From the NCBI GenBank assembly GCA_946500695.1, contig CAMMWS010000004.1, positions 1-55,344 on the forward strand: DNA of 55,344 bases, in the 5' to 3' direction. The stretch is from an uncultured Mycoplasmatota bacterium (GTDB taxonomy: Bacteria; Bacillota_I; Bacilli_A; RF39; UBA660). Positions within the stretch are counted from its first letter, which is position 1; the number at the start of each line of letters is the position of its first letter. Under the pieces are notes generated by a model that was given only the letters and a program-made list of their open reading frames with translations, searched no databases and was not told the origin of the DNA. This document shows, one piece after another, positions 8,985-18,580 of the stretch. The position numbers and the translations under genes were made by a program.

Positions 8985-11078
8985 GTGGTAATAATAAAAA
9001 GATTAAAATTTATTTTGCAAGAAAAAAGTTATGACTGTGGTCTTGCTTGTTTATTAATGGTTGCTAGATATTATAACTCTAATGTTTCTCGTGATTATTT
9101 AGAAAAAGTAAGTATGGCTTCTGAAGATGGTACTACAATGTATGGTTTAATGAAAACAGCCCTTTCGCTTGGCTTTGAAGCAACTGGCAAAAATGGAAGT
9201 ATTAATGATATAGAGAAATCAGTATTACCAATTATTGCACATGTTAAAATAAATGATGCAAAGAATTTATATCATTATGTTGTTATTACTAATATAGTTC
9301 GTAATAAGGTTACAATTAAAGATCCTGGATTTGGAAATAGAGTAATGTCTAAAGAAGAATTTAGTAAAATTGAGACTGGTAATTACTTATTTATTAGTAA
9401 GACTGCAAGTATTAAGAGATTTATTAGAAGAAAAATTATTAGAGAAGAATTTAATAAATTGTTTTTTAATAATAAAAATAGTTTTATCTTAATAATTATT
9501 TCTACTATTTTTGTGATTATTCTTGAGCTTTTAAACTTATTTTCTTTAAAAGTAATTTTGAATAATGCTTTAATAGTTAAATCAGTTTATAATTTGTCTA
9601 TATTATTATTTACTTTTGCCTATCTTTTGGTATTAAAAACTTTTCTTTCATATCTTATGCAACTTTTAGTATTAAAACTTAGCAAGATGCTTAGCTTTAA
9701 TTTGAAATCTAATTTAATTAAACAATTATTATCACTTCCAAATTTATATTATCAAACTAAAGAGAGGGGGATTATGGTATCACTATTTAATGATGTTGAT
9801 ATCTTCACAGAATCTTTATTATTGTCACTTTCAACTTGTGTTAATAGTATTGCTATTTTAGTTTTTATTTATATTTTCTTTTCTAGTTTATCTTATCTTT
9901 TAACTATAACTTTATTAATTAGTAGTATATTTTTATTTCTTTTTATCTATTTACAGAAAAAAATAAGTAAGTCTTTAATTTCTAAATATTATTTAATAAA
10001 GGATAGTTATGATAGTAAGTTGCAGCAGGTAATTATTAATAATGATAAGATTAAAGGATTACATTTAGAAGATTTAATGTTAAAAAAAATTAAGAAAATT
10101 ATTTCTATAAAAGAAAATGAAAACTATAATATTACTAAATATAGTGAAATTGTAAAAGCTAGTTTAAGTTTTTTAGAAGGAATTATTTATTTGGTAATTT
10201 TAGGTATTAGTGGTGTTATTTTAATATCTAGTACTAGTATTAGTTTACCAACGTTTTTATTATTAGAAAGTTTTGTTTTTATGGCATTAAAAAATGTTGA
10301 AAACTTGAGCCTTCTTGTCTTGAAGTATCAGAATATTAGAAAAATTTGTGAGAGGTTAAATGATATTTTTAACTTAGAAAAAGAAGTGTTATTGCCTTTT
10401 CATAATTATGAATATGCTACTAATAATATGAGGCTTGTTATTTCTAAGTTGTCTTTTAAATATAAAGATAATATTGTTCTTAATAATATTAGTCTTACGA
10501 TTAATCCTAAGGATAAAGTATTTATTTATGGTAATTCAGGTAGTGGTAAAAGTACTCTTGTAAAGCTGTTAGGAAGATTCTTGCCGCTTGAGTTTGGTCA
10601 TATCAAATTAGGAAATATAGATTTAACACATTATAATTTAGCAGATCTAAGAAGTATTATTACTTATGTTTCTAATAAAGAAATGCTTAGTAAGGGAAAT
10701 ATTAAAGATAATATTTATTTGTCAAGAAGTCCTAAGGTAAATCAAGATGTTCTTTTGCAAGTTACAGGAGTTAAGAAATTACTTAGAGAAAAGAAATATA
10801 CACTTAAAACAATGCTTTCAGAGAATGGAGAAAATATTAGTATGGGTGAGCGAAGTAGAATTAGTTTAGCCCAAGCTTTGTTTAGACCCAGTGAGATTTA
10901 TATTTTGGATGAATGTCTTAGTAATGTTGATATTAATTTAGAAAGAGAAATAATAGAAAAGCTTTTAAGTTATTATAAAGATAAAATAGTTATTTATATT
11001 TCTCATAGACTTAATAATAAAGATTTATTTAATCGAGTCTTTTACTTAGAAAAGGGAAAATGTTATGAAGAATTATAG
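8985..11078 (+). CDS. Peptidase C39-containing ABC transporter (double-glycine peptide exporter)
   Basis: QE..YDCGLAC, HYVV, TM domain, Walker A GNSGSGKST, signature ISMGE, Walker B IYILDE. Start codon uncertain. Confidence 0.92.
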   Translation: MVIIKRLKFILQEKSYDCGLACLLMVARYYNSNVSRDYLEKVSMASEDGTTMYGLMKTALSLGFEATGKNGSINDIEKSVLPIIAHVKINDAKNLYHYVVITNIVRNKVTIKDPGFGNRVMSKEEFSKIETGNYLFISKTASIKRFIRRKIIREEFNKLFFNNKNSFILIIISTIFVIILELLNLFSLKVILNNALIVKSVYNLSILLFTFAYLLVLKTFLSYLMQLLVLKLSKMLSFNLKSNLIKQLLSLPNLYYQTKERGIMVSLFNDVDIFTESLLLSLSTCVNSIAILVFIYIFFSSLSYLLTITLLISSIFLFLFIYLQKKISKSLISKYYLIKDSYDSKLQQVIINNDKIKGLHLEDLMLKKIKKIISIKENENYNITKYSEIVKASLSFLEGIIYLVILGISGVILISSTSISLPTFLLLESFVFMALKNVENLSLLVLKYQNIRKICERLNDIFNLEKEVLLPFHNYEYATNNMRLVISKLSFKYKDNIVLNNISLTINPKDKVFIYGNSGSGKSTLVKLLGRFLPLEFGHIKLGNIDLTHYNLADLRSIITYVSNKEMLSKGNIKDNIYLSRSPKVNQDVLLQVTGVKKLLREKKYTLKTMLSENGENISMGERSRISLAQALFRPSEIYILDECLSNVDINLEREIIEKLLSYYKDKIVIYISHRLNNKDLFNRVFYLEKGKCYEEL

Positions 11079-11448
11079 AAAAAAGAGTCTTTTGAACTTA
11101 TTCTTTGTTACTACTTTTGTTCTGCTATTTATTTTCTTTTATCTTCTAAATACAGTTAAGTTATGGACATTTAATAGTTATAATACTGTTTTAGTAGATG
11201 ATAACTATATTAAAGTTGTTGTTACTTTAGACGATGTTTTACTATTTCAAGATAATAATTTTTTCTATCATGATAATAAGAAGTTTTTGTATAAAATAGA
11301 AAATAAAGAAAAATTAGAGGATGCGGTTATATTGACTTTAAAATTAGAAAATAATTTTAAGATAGAGGGTGATGATACAACTTTGCTGTTACCTAATATA
11401 AAAAAGAGTATCTTTAGTTTGATAATCGATAGTTGGAGGTCAAAATGA
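11065..11448 (+). CDS. Single-TM accessory protein of the exporter (possibly a reduced membrane-fusion protein)
   Basis: N-terminal TM; overlaps the transporter stop and the first peptide start. Confidence 0.55.
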   Translation: MKNYRKKSLLNLFFVTTFVLLFIFFYLLNTVKLWTFNSYNTVLVDDNYIKVVVTLDDVLLFQDNNFFYHDNKKFLYKIENKEKLEDAVILTLKLENNFKIEGDDTTLLLPNIKKSIFSLIIDSWRSK

Positions 11449-11600
11449 GAAAGTTAACAAAAAATGAAATGAAGAATATTAAGGGTGGTGCTGGTATGTC
11501 AGTAGCAGTACTTGGAATAGGTATATCAGTAATTATTTCTTTTATTGTAGGTGTAGTTAGTGGCTTTACAAATCCAGAACCTTGTGGAGGTGAAGATTAA
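11445..11600 (+). CDS. Double-glycine-leader peptide 1 (bacteriocin/pheromone-like), 51 aa
   Basis: Not in the ORF track. MRKLTKNEMKNIKGG|AGMSVAVLGIGISVIISFIVGVVSGFTNPEPCGGED; GGAGGT RBS; ATGA overlap. Confidence 0.88.
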   Translation: MRKLTKNEMKNIKGGAGMSVAVLGIGISVIISFIVGVVSGFTNPEPCGGED

Positions 11601-11770
11601 TGCGAACTTTGACAGAAAAAGAATTAAAAAATATAAAAGGAGGACTTAGTCTTACTTCTACAGCCATAAAATATGTTGGCGACTTAATAGAAATTTTAAT
11701 TTTAGCAGGAAGAAAATTAGGTAGTTCTATTAGAAGAATAGGAAGTGGTAATATATGTCCCTTAGAATAA
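11600..11770 (+). CDS. Double-glycine-leader peptide 2 (bacteriocin/pheromone-like), 56 aa
   Basis: Not in the ORF track. MRTLTEKELKNIKGG|LSLTSTAIKYVGDLIEILILAGRKLGSSIRRIGSGNICPLE; GGAGGTGA RBS; TAATG overlap. Confidence 0.88.
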   Translation: MRTLTEKELKNIKGGLSLTSTAIKYVGDLIEILILAGRKLGSSIRRIGSGNICPLE

Positions 11771-11902
11771 AGAATGTTTTTAAGACCACAATTCTAGGGT
11801 TAATTAATTGTTTTTTAGTTATTTCTTTTTATAATTTTGGACATATTTTGGGGATAATATTAGAAAAAAGTCTTTAAAAGTGTAAAAAGTGTCAAAAAAA
11901 TG

Positions 11903-11932
11903 TTGTCTTTTCAAGGTATGAGGTGTTATAAT
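11903..11932 (+). promoter_or_regulatory. Sigma-A promoter of rpsU
   Basis: TTGTCT-18-TATAAT with extended TG. Confidence 0.6.
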
Positions 11933-11968
11933 CAGTTGTAGAAAAAAAGCGAAGGGAGGGATAGTAGT

Positions 11969-12172
11969 ATGGCACAAGTACCTGTTAAAAACGGTAATTT
12001 AGATGGTGCGATTAAAAGGTACAAACAAAAACTTGCAAGAAGTGGTGTCCCTTCTGAAGCTAAAAAACATGATGCTTATGATAAACCAGGAGTTAGAAGA
12101 AGAAAAGCTAAAAAAGAAGCCATTAAAAATGCACGTAGAAATGAGCGTAAAAGAAGAAAGGAAAGAGACTAA
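11969..12172 (+). CDS. rpsU: 30S ribosomal protein S21
   Basis: LDGAIKRYK...G...E.KKH..Y.KPGVRRRK pattern; typical position upstream of yqfC/D. Confidence 0.92.
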   Translation: MAQVPVKNGNLDGAIKRYKQKLARSGVPSEAKKHDAYDKPGVRRRKAKKEAIKNARRNERKRRKERD

Positions 12173-12189
12173 TGTTTCTTTCCTTTTTT
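12157..12189 (+). terminator. rpsU terminator
   Basis: AAAGGAAAGAGAC-TAAT-GTTTCTTTCCTTT plus T run. Confidence 0.75.
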
Positions 12190-12215
12190 GCATATTATTT
12201 ATTAGGTGAAGTTTT

Positions 12216-12458
12216 ATGGCTTATAACTATTTGAGAAACTTTCTTGATCCAAGGGAATTTCATATTAATATTTATGATAAGAAGATTTATATAACTAATT
12301 ACGAAAAGATTTTAACACTTGGAAGTAATAAAATAATAATAAAAGCTCCTTCTAAAAAACTTACTTTAGAAGGAAGAGACTTTTCTCTTAATAAATTAGC
12401 AGATAAAGAATTGCTTATATTAGGTAGGCTTGATAATTTGGAGATAAAATATGAGTAG
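12216..12458 (+). CDS. yqfC: YabP/YqfC-family sporulation protein
   Basis: IYITNYEKIL...L.LEG..F....L...ELLI.G pattern; upstream of yqfD. Confidence 0.75.
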   Translation: MAYNYLRNFLDPREFHINIYDKKIYITNYEKILTLGSNKIIIKAPSKKLTLEGRDFSLNKLADKELLILGRLDNLEIKYE

Positions 12459-13629
12459 TTATGTACTTAGAATTACTGGTAAAAGATTAGATACTTTTAT
12501 AATGTTATTAGCACGATTAAATATAAGCTTTAAAGTTTTAAAAAGAACGAGAGAATATCTTATAATTGAAGTGGTAGAAGAAGATTATGCTAATCTTTTA
12601 AAAATAAATACTACTTATGATATAGAAATTGTTAAAAGAAAGGGCCTTCTTAATATTGTGCATTTTCTTAAGGCGAGAAAGTTATTTGTTATAGTATCTT
12701 TAATTGGCTTTGCTTTTTTTAATTTACTTACCAATTTAATTTTTTCTATTAAAGTTATAGATACAGACAGTGAATTAAGAGAGATTATATTAAATGATTT
12801 AGAAGAATTTGGTTTAAAAAAATATAATTTTAAAATTAGTTATGAAGAAAAAGAAAAGATAGAGAGTAAAATTTTAAAAAAAGAAAAAGATATAATAGAA
12901 TGGATTGAAATAAAAGAGAAAGGTGTTAGTTATGAAGTAAAATTGATTAGAAGAGTTAAAAACGATATTGAAAAGGAAAGTGAACCACGTAATATAGTTG
13001 CTAAAAAAAGTGGTCTTGTTACTAGAATAATTGCAGAATCTGGTGAAGTTGTTACTAAAAAAAATGCTTATGTAAATGCTGGTGATGTTTTAATTAGTGG
13101 CCTTATTAGAAATAATGGCAATATTGTTAGTAAGACGAGAGCGATTGGTAAAGTTTATGCAGAGGTATGGTATAAAGTATCTCTTAGTTTACCAACTAAT
13201 TATCATGAAGAAAGGAAAACTGGTAATAATAAAACAGTTCTTGAAATTAGTTTTCTGAGTGATGATATTAGTATTACAGATTTTGATAAATACACTCATT
13301 CTAAAGATAGTAAAAAAGTATTATATAAACATCCTCTTCTTCCTATTAGTATTAATTTAACTAAAAAGGAGGAGGTTAAATTAACAGATATTAACTTTGC
13401 TGAAAATTATGATAAAAATATTAAACCGTTGGCAATAGAGAAATTAAAAACAAAATTAGGGAATGATATTACAATATTAGAAGAAAAGGTTTTGAAAAAG
13501 AGCGAGAATGCTGATAGAATAGATATAGAGATTTTCTTTAAAGTTCTAGAAGATATAACTAGTTATAACTCATTAAAAGATTTTGATATTGAAAAGGAAA
13601 ATCAACGTATAGAAGAAGAAAATAGTTAA
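12451..13629 (+). CDS. yqfD: Sporulation protein YqfD (stage IV)
   Basis: IEWIEI..KGV, PRNIVAKKSG, V..GDVLISG, A.GKVYAEVWY. Confidence 0.88.
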   Translation: MSSYVLRITGKRLDTFIMLLARLNISFKVLKRTREYLIIEVVEEDYANLLKINTTYDIEIVKRKGLLNIVHFLKARKLFVIVSLIGFAFFNLLTNLIFSIKVIDTDSELREIILNDLEEFGLKKYNFKISYEEKEKIESKILKKEKDIIEWIEIKEKGVSYEVKLIRRVKNDIEKESEPRNIVAKKSGLVTRIIAESGEVVTKKNAYVNAGDVLISGLIRNNGNIVSKTRAIGKVYAEVWYKVSLSLPTNYHEERKTGNNKTVLEISFLSDDISITDFDKYTHSKDSKKVLYKHPLLPISINLTKKEEVKLTDINFAENYDKNIKPLAIEKLKTKLGNDITILEEKVLKKSENADRIDIEIFFKVLEDITSYNSLKDFDIEKENQRIEEENS

Positions 13630-13650
13630 AGCTGTAAAGGAGGGAAGAGC

Positions 13651-14250
13651 ATGTTTTCAAGTTTAAGTAGGACTATTGGTAATGTTTTTGAATTTAGTTT
13701 ACCTATGATAATTATCTCTGTAGTAGTTGCTATTACTTTAAGAGTTGCAGATATTGTGAAAAATAAAAAAGAGTTTTCTTTATATAAAGAGCTTATTGCT
13801 TTATCCTTCATTATTTATATATTGTGTTTATTCCAAGTTGTTACTTTTCAAGACAATAATAATATTTCTAGTAATAATTTAATTCCCTTTAGAGAAATGT
13901 TTAGATATGATTTTGGTAGTAGATTGTTTTTAAAGAATGTACTTGGTAATATAATTATGTTTTTACCATATGGTTTTTTTACGAGTTATTTTTTAAAAGA
14001 AAAGAGATTAATTCCTATTTTAGCTTTAACTGTTATTACATCTTTGACAATAGAATCTACACAGTTAATGATAGGTAGAGTTTTTGATATAGATGATATT
14101 TTATTAAATATTGTTGGAGGGGTTTTGGGACATTATTTATATATTTTAATTTTAAAAATAGGTGATATGTGTCCTAGGGTATTACAAAGAGAGTGGTTTT
14201 TAAATTTAGTGTCTATTATTCTTTTAGTTGGTTTAATAACATTACTTTAA
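13651..14250 (+). CDS. VanZ-family membrane protein
   Basis: NLIPF, NVLGNIIMFLPYG, IE..Q...GRVFDIDDILLN..GG. Confidence 0.88.
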   Translation: MFSSLSRTIGNVFEFSLPMIIISVVVAITLRVADIVKNKKEFSLYKELIALSFIIYILCLFQVVTFQDNNNISSNNLIPFREMFRYDFGSRLFLKNVLGNIIMFLPYGFFTSYFLKEKRLIPILALTVITSLTIESTQLMIGRVFDIDDILLNIVGGVLGHYLYILILKIGDMCPRVLQREWFLNLVSIILLVGLITLL

Positions 14251-14303
14251 AAACTTCTTTTTTTATGATACAATATGGGCATTGAAAGGGCGTGTTTTGT
14301 TTA

Positions 14304-14753
14304 ATGAATGATATTAACATATATAATGAAACTAATGATGATTTCCCATATAAAGATATAATAGAAAAAGTAGTTAACAAAGCTTTCGAAATTGAAAGAG
14401 TAAAAAATGCAAGTTGTAGTATAATAATTGTAGATAATTCTTATATTCATAAATTAAATAAAGAATATAGAGGTATCGATAGAGTAACTGATGTTATTAG
14501 TTTTGCTTTAGAAGATGATAAAAATATGGTTATTCCTGATGGAACTAGATTATTAGGAGATATTTATATTAGTCTAGATAAAGCGAAGGAACAAGCGGAA
14601 GAATATGGTCATTCTTTGGAAAGAGAGTTATGTTTTTTAGCGGTACATGGAATTTATCATTTATTAGGATATGATCATGAGAAGGAAGAAGAAGCAGAAG
14701 TTATGTTTAAGAAACAAGAGGAGGTTTTGATGGAATATGGCATCACCAGATAG
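14304..14753 (+). CDS. ybeY: rRNA maturation endoribonuclease YbeY
   Basis: LNKEYRG.D..TDVISF, LGDIYIS, HGIYHLLGYDH. Start may be 14292 or 14304. Confidence 0.95.
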   Translation: MNDINIYNETNDDFPYKDIIEKVVNKAFEIERVKNASCSIIIVDNSYIHKLNKEYRGIDRVTDVISFALEDDKNMVIPDGTRLLGDIYISLDKAKEQAEEYGHSLERELCFLAVHGIYHLLGYDHEKEEEAEVMFKKQEEVLMEYGITR

Positions 14754-15129
14754 AAATAAGAAAAAATTTGGATTTAAAAGAATTATTTCAAGTATTAATA
14801 ACTCATGGAATGGATTAAAGGCAGCTTATAAAAATGAACAGAGTGTGTATATACATTTAGTATGTACAGTTATTTTGGTATTACTTAGTTTTTTACTTGA
14901 TATATCAACTACAGAATGGTTAATTATAATTGCTATTATTGGGTTAACTTTAGTAGTTGAGCTTATAAATACTTCAATAGAAAGTACAGTTGATCTTGTT
15001 ACTAAAGAATTCCATCCACTTGCTAAAGTTGCCAAAGATACAGCTTCAGCAGCAGAGTTTGTTTTGACTCTAACTAGTGCAATTATTGCCTTAATGATTT
15101 TTATACCTAGCATTATAGAGTTGTTTTAA
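14737..15129 (+). CDS. dgkA: DgkA-family diacylglycerol/undecaprenol kinase
   Basis: ELINTSIE..VDL....HPLAK.AKD.ASAA; follows ybeY. Confidence 0.9.
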   Translation: MASPDRNKKKFGFKRIISSINNSWNGLKAAYKNEQSVYIHLVCTVILVLLSFLLDISTTEWLIIIAIIGLTLVVELINTSIESTVDLVTKEFHPLAKVAKDTASAAEFVLTLTSAIIALMIFIPSIIELF

Positions 15130-15237
15130 TTATAGAAGTTACTTAGTTAATTATATAGAGTATTATTTCTTAAAAATGTAATACTTTATTGATTTGGTTT
15201 AGATGAAATTTTGTAATTTAAGTAAGGAGGTAAATTT

Positions 15238-16128
15238 ATGAAGTGTGGCGTTGTTTCAATTATGGGAAGACCTAATGTAGGTAAGAGTACACTATTAAAT
15301 GCAATACTTAATATGAAACTTGCTATTACAACAGATAAAGCTGGTACTACAAGAAATATTATAGAAGGTATTTATCAAGATGACGAAGCTCAGATTGTTT
15401 TTATTGATACTCCTGGTATTCATAAACCTATGAATAAACTTGGTAGTGTGTTAAATAAGAAAGCTTATCAAAATATTGATAATGCTGATATCATCCTTTT
15501 ATTAATAGATGCGTCTAGTGGTATTGGTAAAGGAGATAAGTTTGTTTTAAATAAGATTAAAGAAAATGAAGAAGCTAAAGTTTTCTTAATTTTAAATAAA
15601 ATAGATAAAGTTGGAAGCGAGAAATTAATTAAAACAATAGATGAAGCGAAAGAACTATATGATTTTGATGAGATTATTCCTATATCTGCTTTAAAGAAGA
15701 AAGCGATAGATGATTTAATTAAAACACTAAAAAAATACTTACCACTTGATGAGCCTATATTTACTAATGATGAACTTACTAATGTCTCAGTTAAGTTTAT
15801 TATGGGAGAGTTTGTTAGGGAAAAAATAATGATGTTAACTAAACAAGAGATTCCTCATAGTGTTACTTGTTATGTGGAAAACTTTGAAGAATATGATGAT
15901 TTAGTGCATATACAAGTGTTGATAGTTGTGGATAAAGATAGTTTAAAGAAAATTATTATTGGTAAGAATGGTAATATGTTAAAACGTATAGGCATCCTTG
16001 CTCGTAATGATATTGAAGATTTCTTGGGGAAAAAAGTGTTTTTGGAAACACATGTTAAAGTAATTGAGAATTGGCGTGATAAAGAAAAGTATTTAATAGA
16101 ACTTGGAATTGATAGTAAAGATGAATAA
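15238..16128 (+). CDS. era: GTPase Era
   Basis: GRPNVGKSTL, TTR, DTPG, NKID, KH domain IIGKNG..LK.IG. Confidence 0.97.
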   Translation: MKCGVVSIMGRPNVGKSTLLNAILNMKLAITTDKAGTTRNIIEGIYQDDEAQIVFIDTPGIHKPMNKLGSVLNKKAYQNIDNADIILLLIDASSGIGKGDKFVLNKIKENEEAKVFLILNKIDKVGSEKLIKTIDEAKELYDFDEIIPISALKKKAIDDLIKTLKKYLPLDEPIFTNDELTNVSVKFIMGEFVREKIMMLTKQEIPHSVTCYVENFEEYDDLVHIQVLIVVDKDSLKKIIIGKNGNMLKRIGILARNDIEDFLGKKVFLETHVKVIENWRDKEKYLIELGIDSKDE

Positions 16129-16167
16129 AAAAATTACTTATTAATCATTATATTAATAGGTGATAAT

Positions 16168-16299
16168 ATGAATAATTATGAAAAACTATGGAATTTATTT
16201 AAAAAGACTGGTGATATTAGATATTTTCTTTTAGCAAAGTCTATAAAGGAAAGTGATACTTGTGAAGATAGTGGATGTGAAGGGACTGGTCTTAAATGA
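16168..16299 (+). CDS. YqzL-like small protein, 43 aa
   Basis: Not in the ORF track. MNNYEKLWNLFKKTGDIRYFLLAK..., AGGTGA RBS; era-yqzL-recO synteny as in Bacillus. Confidence 0.7.
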   Translation: MNNYEKLWNLFKKTGDIRYFLLAKSIKESDTCEDSGCEGTGLK

Positions 16300-16999
16300 A
16301 ACTAATTATAGTGACTCTAGTAAAATTTTAAATGTTTTGACTAGCGAATATGGTCTTGTTGGAATTCTCTCTAAGGGATGTCGTAATTTAAAAAGTAAGC
16401 TTAGAGGTAGTTCTAGAAAGTTAGTATACGGAACTTTTCATTTTTATTATAAAGAGAATGCTTTATCAACTTTAATTAGTATTGATGTAATTAGTGACTA
16501 TCCAAAAACAGTTATGAATTTAGAAAATGTTGTGTATGCATCATACCTTTTGGATCTTACAAGACAAGTGGTTAAACAATCTAAAGATAAAGATATACTA
16601 ACTTTAATAATCGCAGCTTTAGATAAGATAGAAGATGGGCTTAATCCTGCCGTTATTACTAATATTCTTGAACTTAAATATTTAGATTTTTTAGGTGTTA
16701 GTCCGATTGTTACAGGGTGTGCTGTTTGTGGAAAAACTACTAATATAGTTAGTTTAAGTCCAACAGCAGGTGGATTTATTTGTAAAAATTGCTATCAAAA
16801 TGAAGGATATTATAGCGATAAAGCAATTAAACTTTTACAAATGTATTATTATGTTGATCTTGAGAAAATTACGAAAATAGATGTTAATCCTAAAGTAAAT
16901 GAAGAAATAAATAAATTTTTAGAGGATTATTATGATAGGTATACAGGAATTTATTTAAATAGTAAGAAAATGTTAAAGAATGTGTTAAAATTAAAATAA
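16253..16999 (+). CDS. recO: DNA repair protein RecO
   Basis: GLVL....YSDSSKIL..LT..YG, ELK.L..LG..P, Zn finger CAVCG...GGFICKNC. Confidence 0.93.
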   Translation: MILVKIVDVKGLVLNETNYSDSSKILNVLTSEYGLVGILSKGCRNLKSKLRGSSRKLVYGTFHFYYKENALSTLISIDVISDYPKTVMNLENVVYASYLLDLTRQVVKQSKDKDILTLIIAALDKIEDGLNPAVITNILELKYLDFLGVSPIVTGCAVCGKTTNIVSLSPTAGGFICKNCYQNEGYYSDKAIKLLQMYYYVDLEKITKIDVNPKVNEEINKFLEDYYDRYTGIYLNSKKMLKNVLKLK

Positions 17000-17011
17000 G
17001 GTAGTGATGTT

Positions 17012-17962
17012 ATGAAAAAAAGATTAATAATTCTTATAAGTTTATTTATTATTTTAACTTTAGGGGTTTTATTAGATGTAACTTTAGTAATAGATAATAA
17101 TGTATATAATTTCCTTTCTCATAATCAAAGTGAGTTTTTAATGACGGTTTCTAATATAGTTACATCATTTGCTTCTAGTCAGGCGATAATTATTATTACA
17201 ATGCTTTTAATATTTTTACTTAATACTAATCATCAGAGATTGTTTGTTATAATTAATACCTTAATTAGTGCAGGTATTATTATTGTTTCTAAAAATATAT
17301 TTTTAAGAGAAAGACCTTTAATAGGTAGTGAGCTTTTATCAAGTTATAGTTTTCCTAGTGGTCATAGTTTGATTGCTACGACTTATTATGGCTTTTTAAT
17401 ATACTTGCTTAGAAGAAGTAAATGTAAGGAAGAATATAAAGTGATAGGTACATCTTTACTTACAACTTTGATAGTTTTGATTTGTTTAAGTAGATTAATA
17501 CTTAATGTTCATTATGTAACTGATGTTATTGGTGGGGTTATTTTAGGACTTATAATTCTTTTAGTATTAATTTACTTTTTTGAGAAAACTTTTAAGCCTA
17601 AAGAAAAGGAGAAACCTTTATTAAAGACTTTATCTTATGGTTTTAATGGAATCTTTTATACTTTAAAACATGAGAGAAATATGGTAATTCATTTTCTTGT
17701 TATGATATTAGTTATAATAGCAGGAATAGTCTTTGAAATTACTTTTGTAGAATGGGGAGTATGTTTTGTACTTTTTGCACTTGTTCTTTCTTTAGAACTT
17801 ATGAATACAGCTTTGGAAAATGTAGTTGATCTTGTAACTGAAGAGAAGAAAGCAAAGGCGAAGGTTGCAAAAGATGCAGCGGCAGGGGCAGTACTAGTTG
17901 CGGCGATATTTGCGGTTATTATAGGTGTATCAATATTTTTACCTAGACTTTTAAATCTATAG
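17012..17962 (+). CDS. PAP2 phosphatase fused to a DgkA-family kinase
   Basis: K....RERP, SFPSGH and SRLILNVHY.TDV, followed by ELMNTALE.VVDL...AK.AKD.AAGAV. Confidence 0.85.
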   Translation: MKKRLIILISLFIILTLGVLLDVTLVIDNNVYNFLSHNQSEFLMTVSNIVTSFASSQAIIIITMLLIFLLNTNHQRLFVIINTLISAGIIIVSKNIFLRERPLIGSELLSSYSFPSGHSLIATTYYGFLIYLLRRSKCKEEYKVIGTSLLTTLIVLICLSRLILNVHYVTDVIGGVILGLIILLVLIYFFEKTFKPKEKEKPLLKTLSYGFNGIFYTLKHERNMVIHFLVMILVIIAGIVFEITFVEWGVCFVLFALVLSLELMNTALENVVDLVTEEKKAKAKVAKDAAAGAVLVAAIFAVIIGVSIFLPRLLNL

Positions 17963-18010
17963 TGTTTATAATAAAGTTGTGAACAAGGAACGTAATTGGA
18001 GGTTAATTAT

Positions 18011-18580
18011 ATGAAGGTAGGAATTATGTGTGGAAGTAGAGATACTGCTAGTATGGAGTCTCGTTTAAATAATTCGAGAGCAGTTAGTGAGATAGCAGAT
18101 ATGGGCTATACATTTGTTATGGGGGCAGGGGAAACTGGCTCTATGAGAGATGTTAAAGAAATTTTAAGAGAAAATGGTAATATGCTTATAACTGTTGGTA
18201 ATAGACTTGAGCTTAATAGAACTACTGCAGATGTTAAGATAGAAGTTGGTTCTACTTTTGAAAGAGCTGGGCATATTTATGAAAATAGTGATGTTATTAT
18301 TTTCTTAGATGGTGGAACTGGTACTCTTTCTGAGTTTTGTTCTTTTTTAAATAGTAAGATAGAAACAGATGATAAAAATAAAGAACTTGTAGTTGTTAAT
18401 ATGGATGGTGTTTATAATAAACTAATAGATGATTTAAAAAGAAAATATAAAGAAGGTCTTGCTAGTAATACTTTGACTTATTTTAAAGAAGTTAGAAGTC
18501 CTCTAGAATTGAAAACTTATTTAGAAGAAGTTGAGAAAAAACTTAATGGTAGTGAACAAGAAAGGGAAAGAGTGAGATAA
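18011..18580 (+). CDS. LOG/Rossmann-fold nucleotide-binding protein
   Basis: [24 protein letters not shown] 18011 follows GGAGGT. Confidence 0.75.
   Translation: MKVGIMCGSRDTASMESRLNNSRAVSEIADMGYTFVMGAGETGSMRDVKEILRENGNMLITVGNRLELNRTTADVKIEVGSTFERAGHIYENSDVIIFLDGGTGTLSEFCSFLNSKIETDDKNKELVVVNMDGVYNKLIDDLKRKYKEGLASNTLTYFKEVRSPLELKTYLEEVEKKLNGSEQERERVR

Noticed and set aside
17963-18579. T-box leader for glyQS
   Set aside because: glyQS is translationally coupled to the upstream gene; no room or T-box motif seen.
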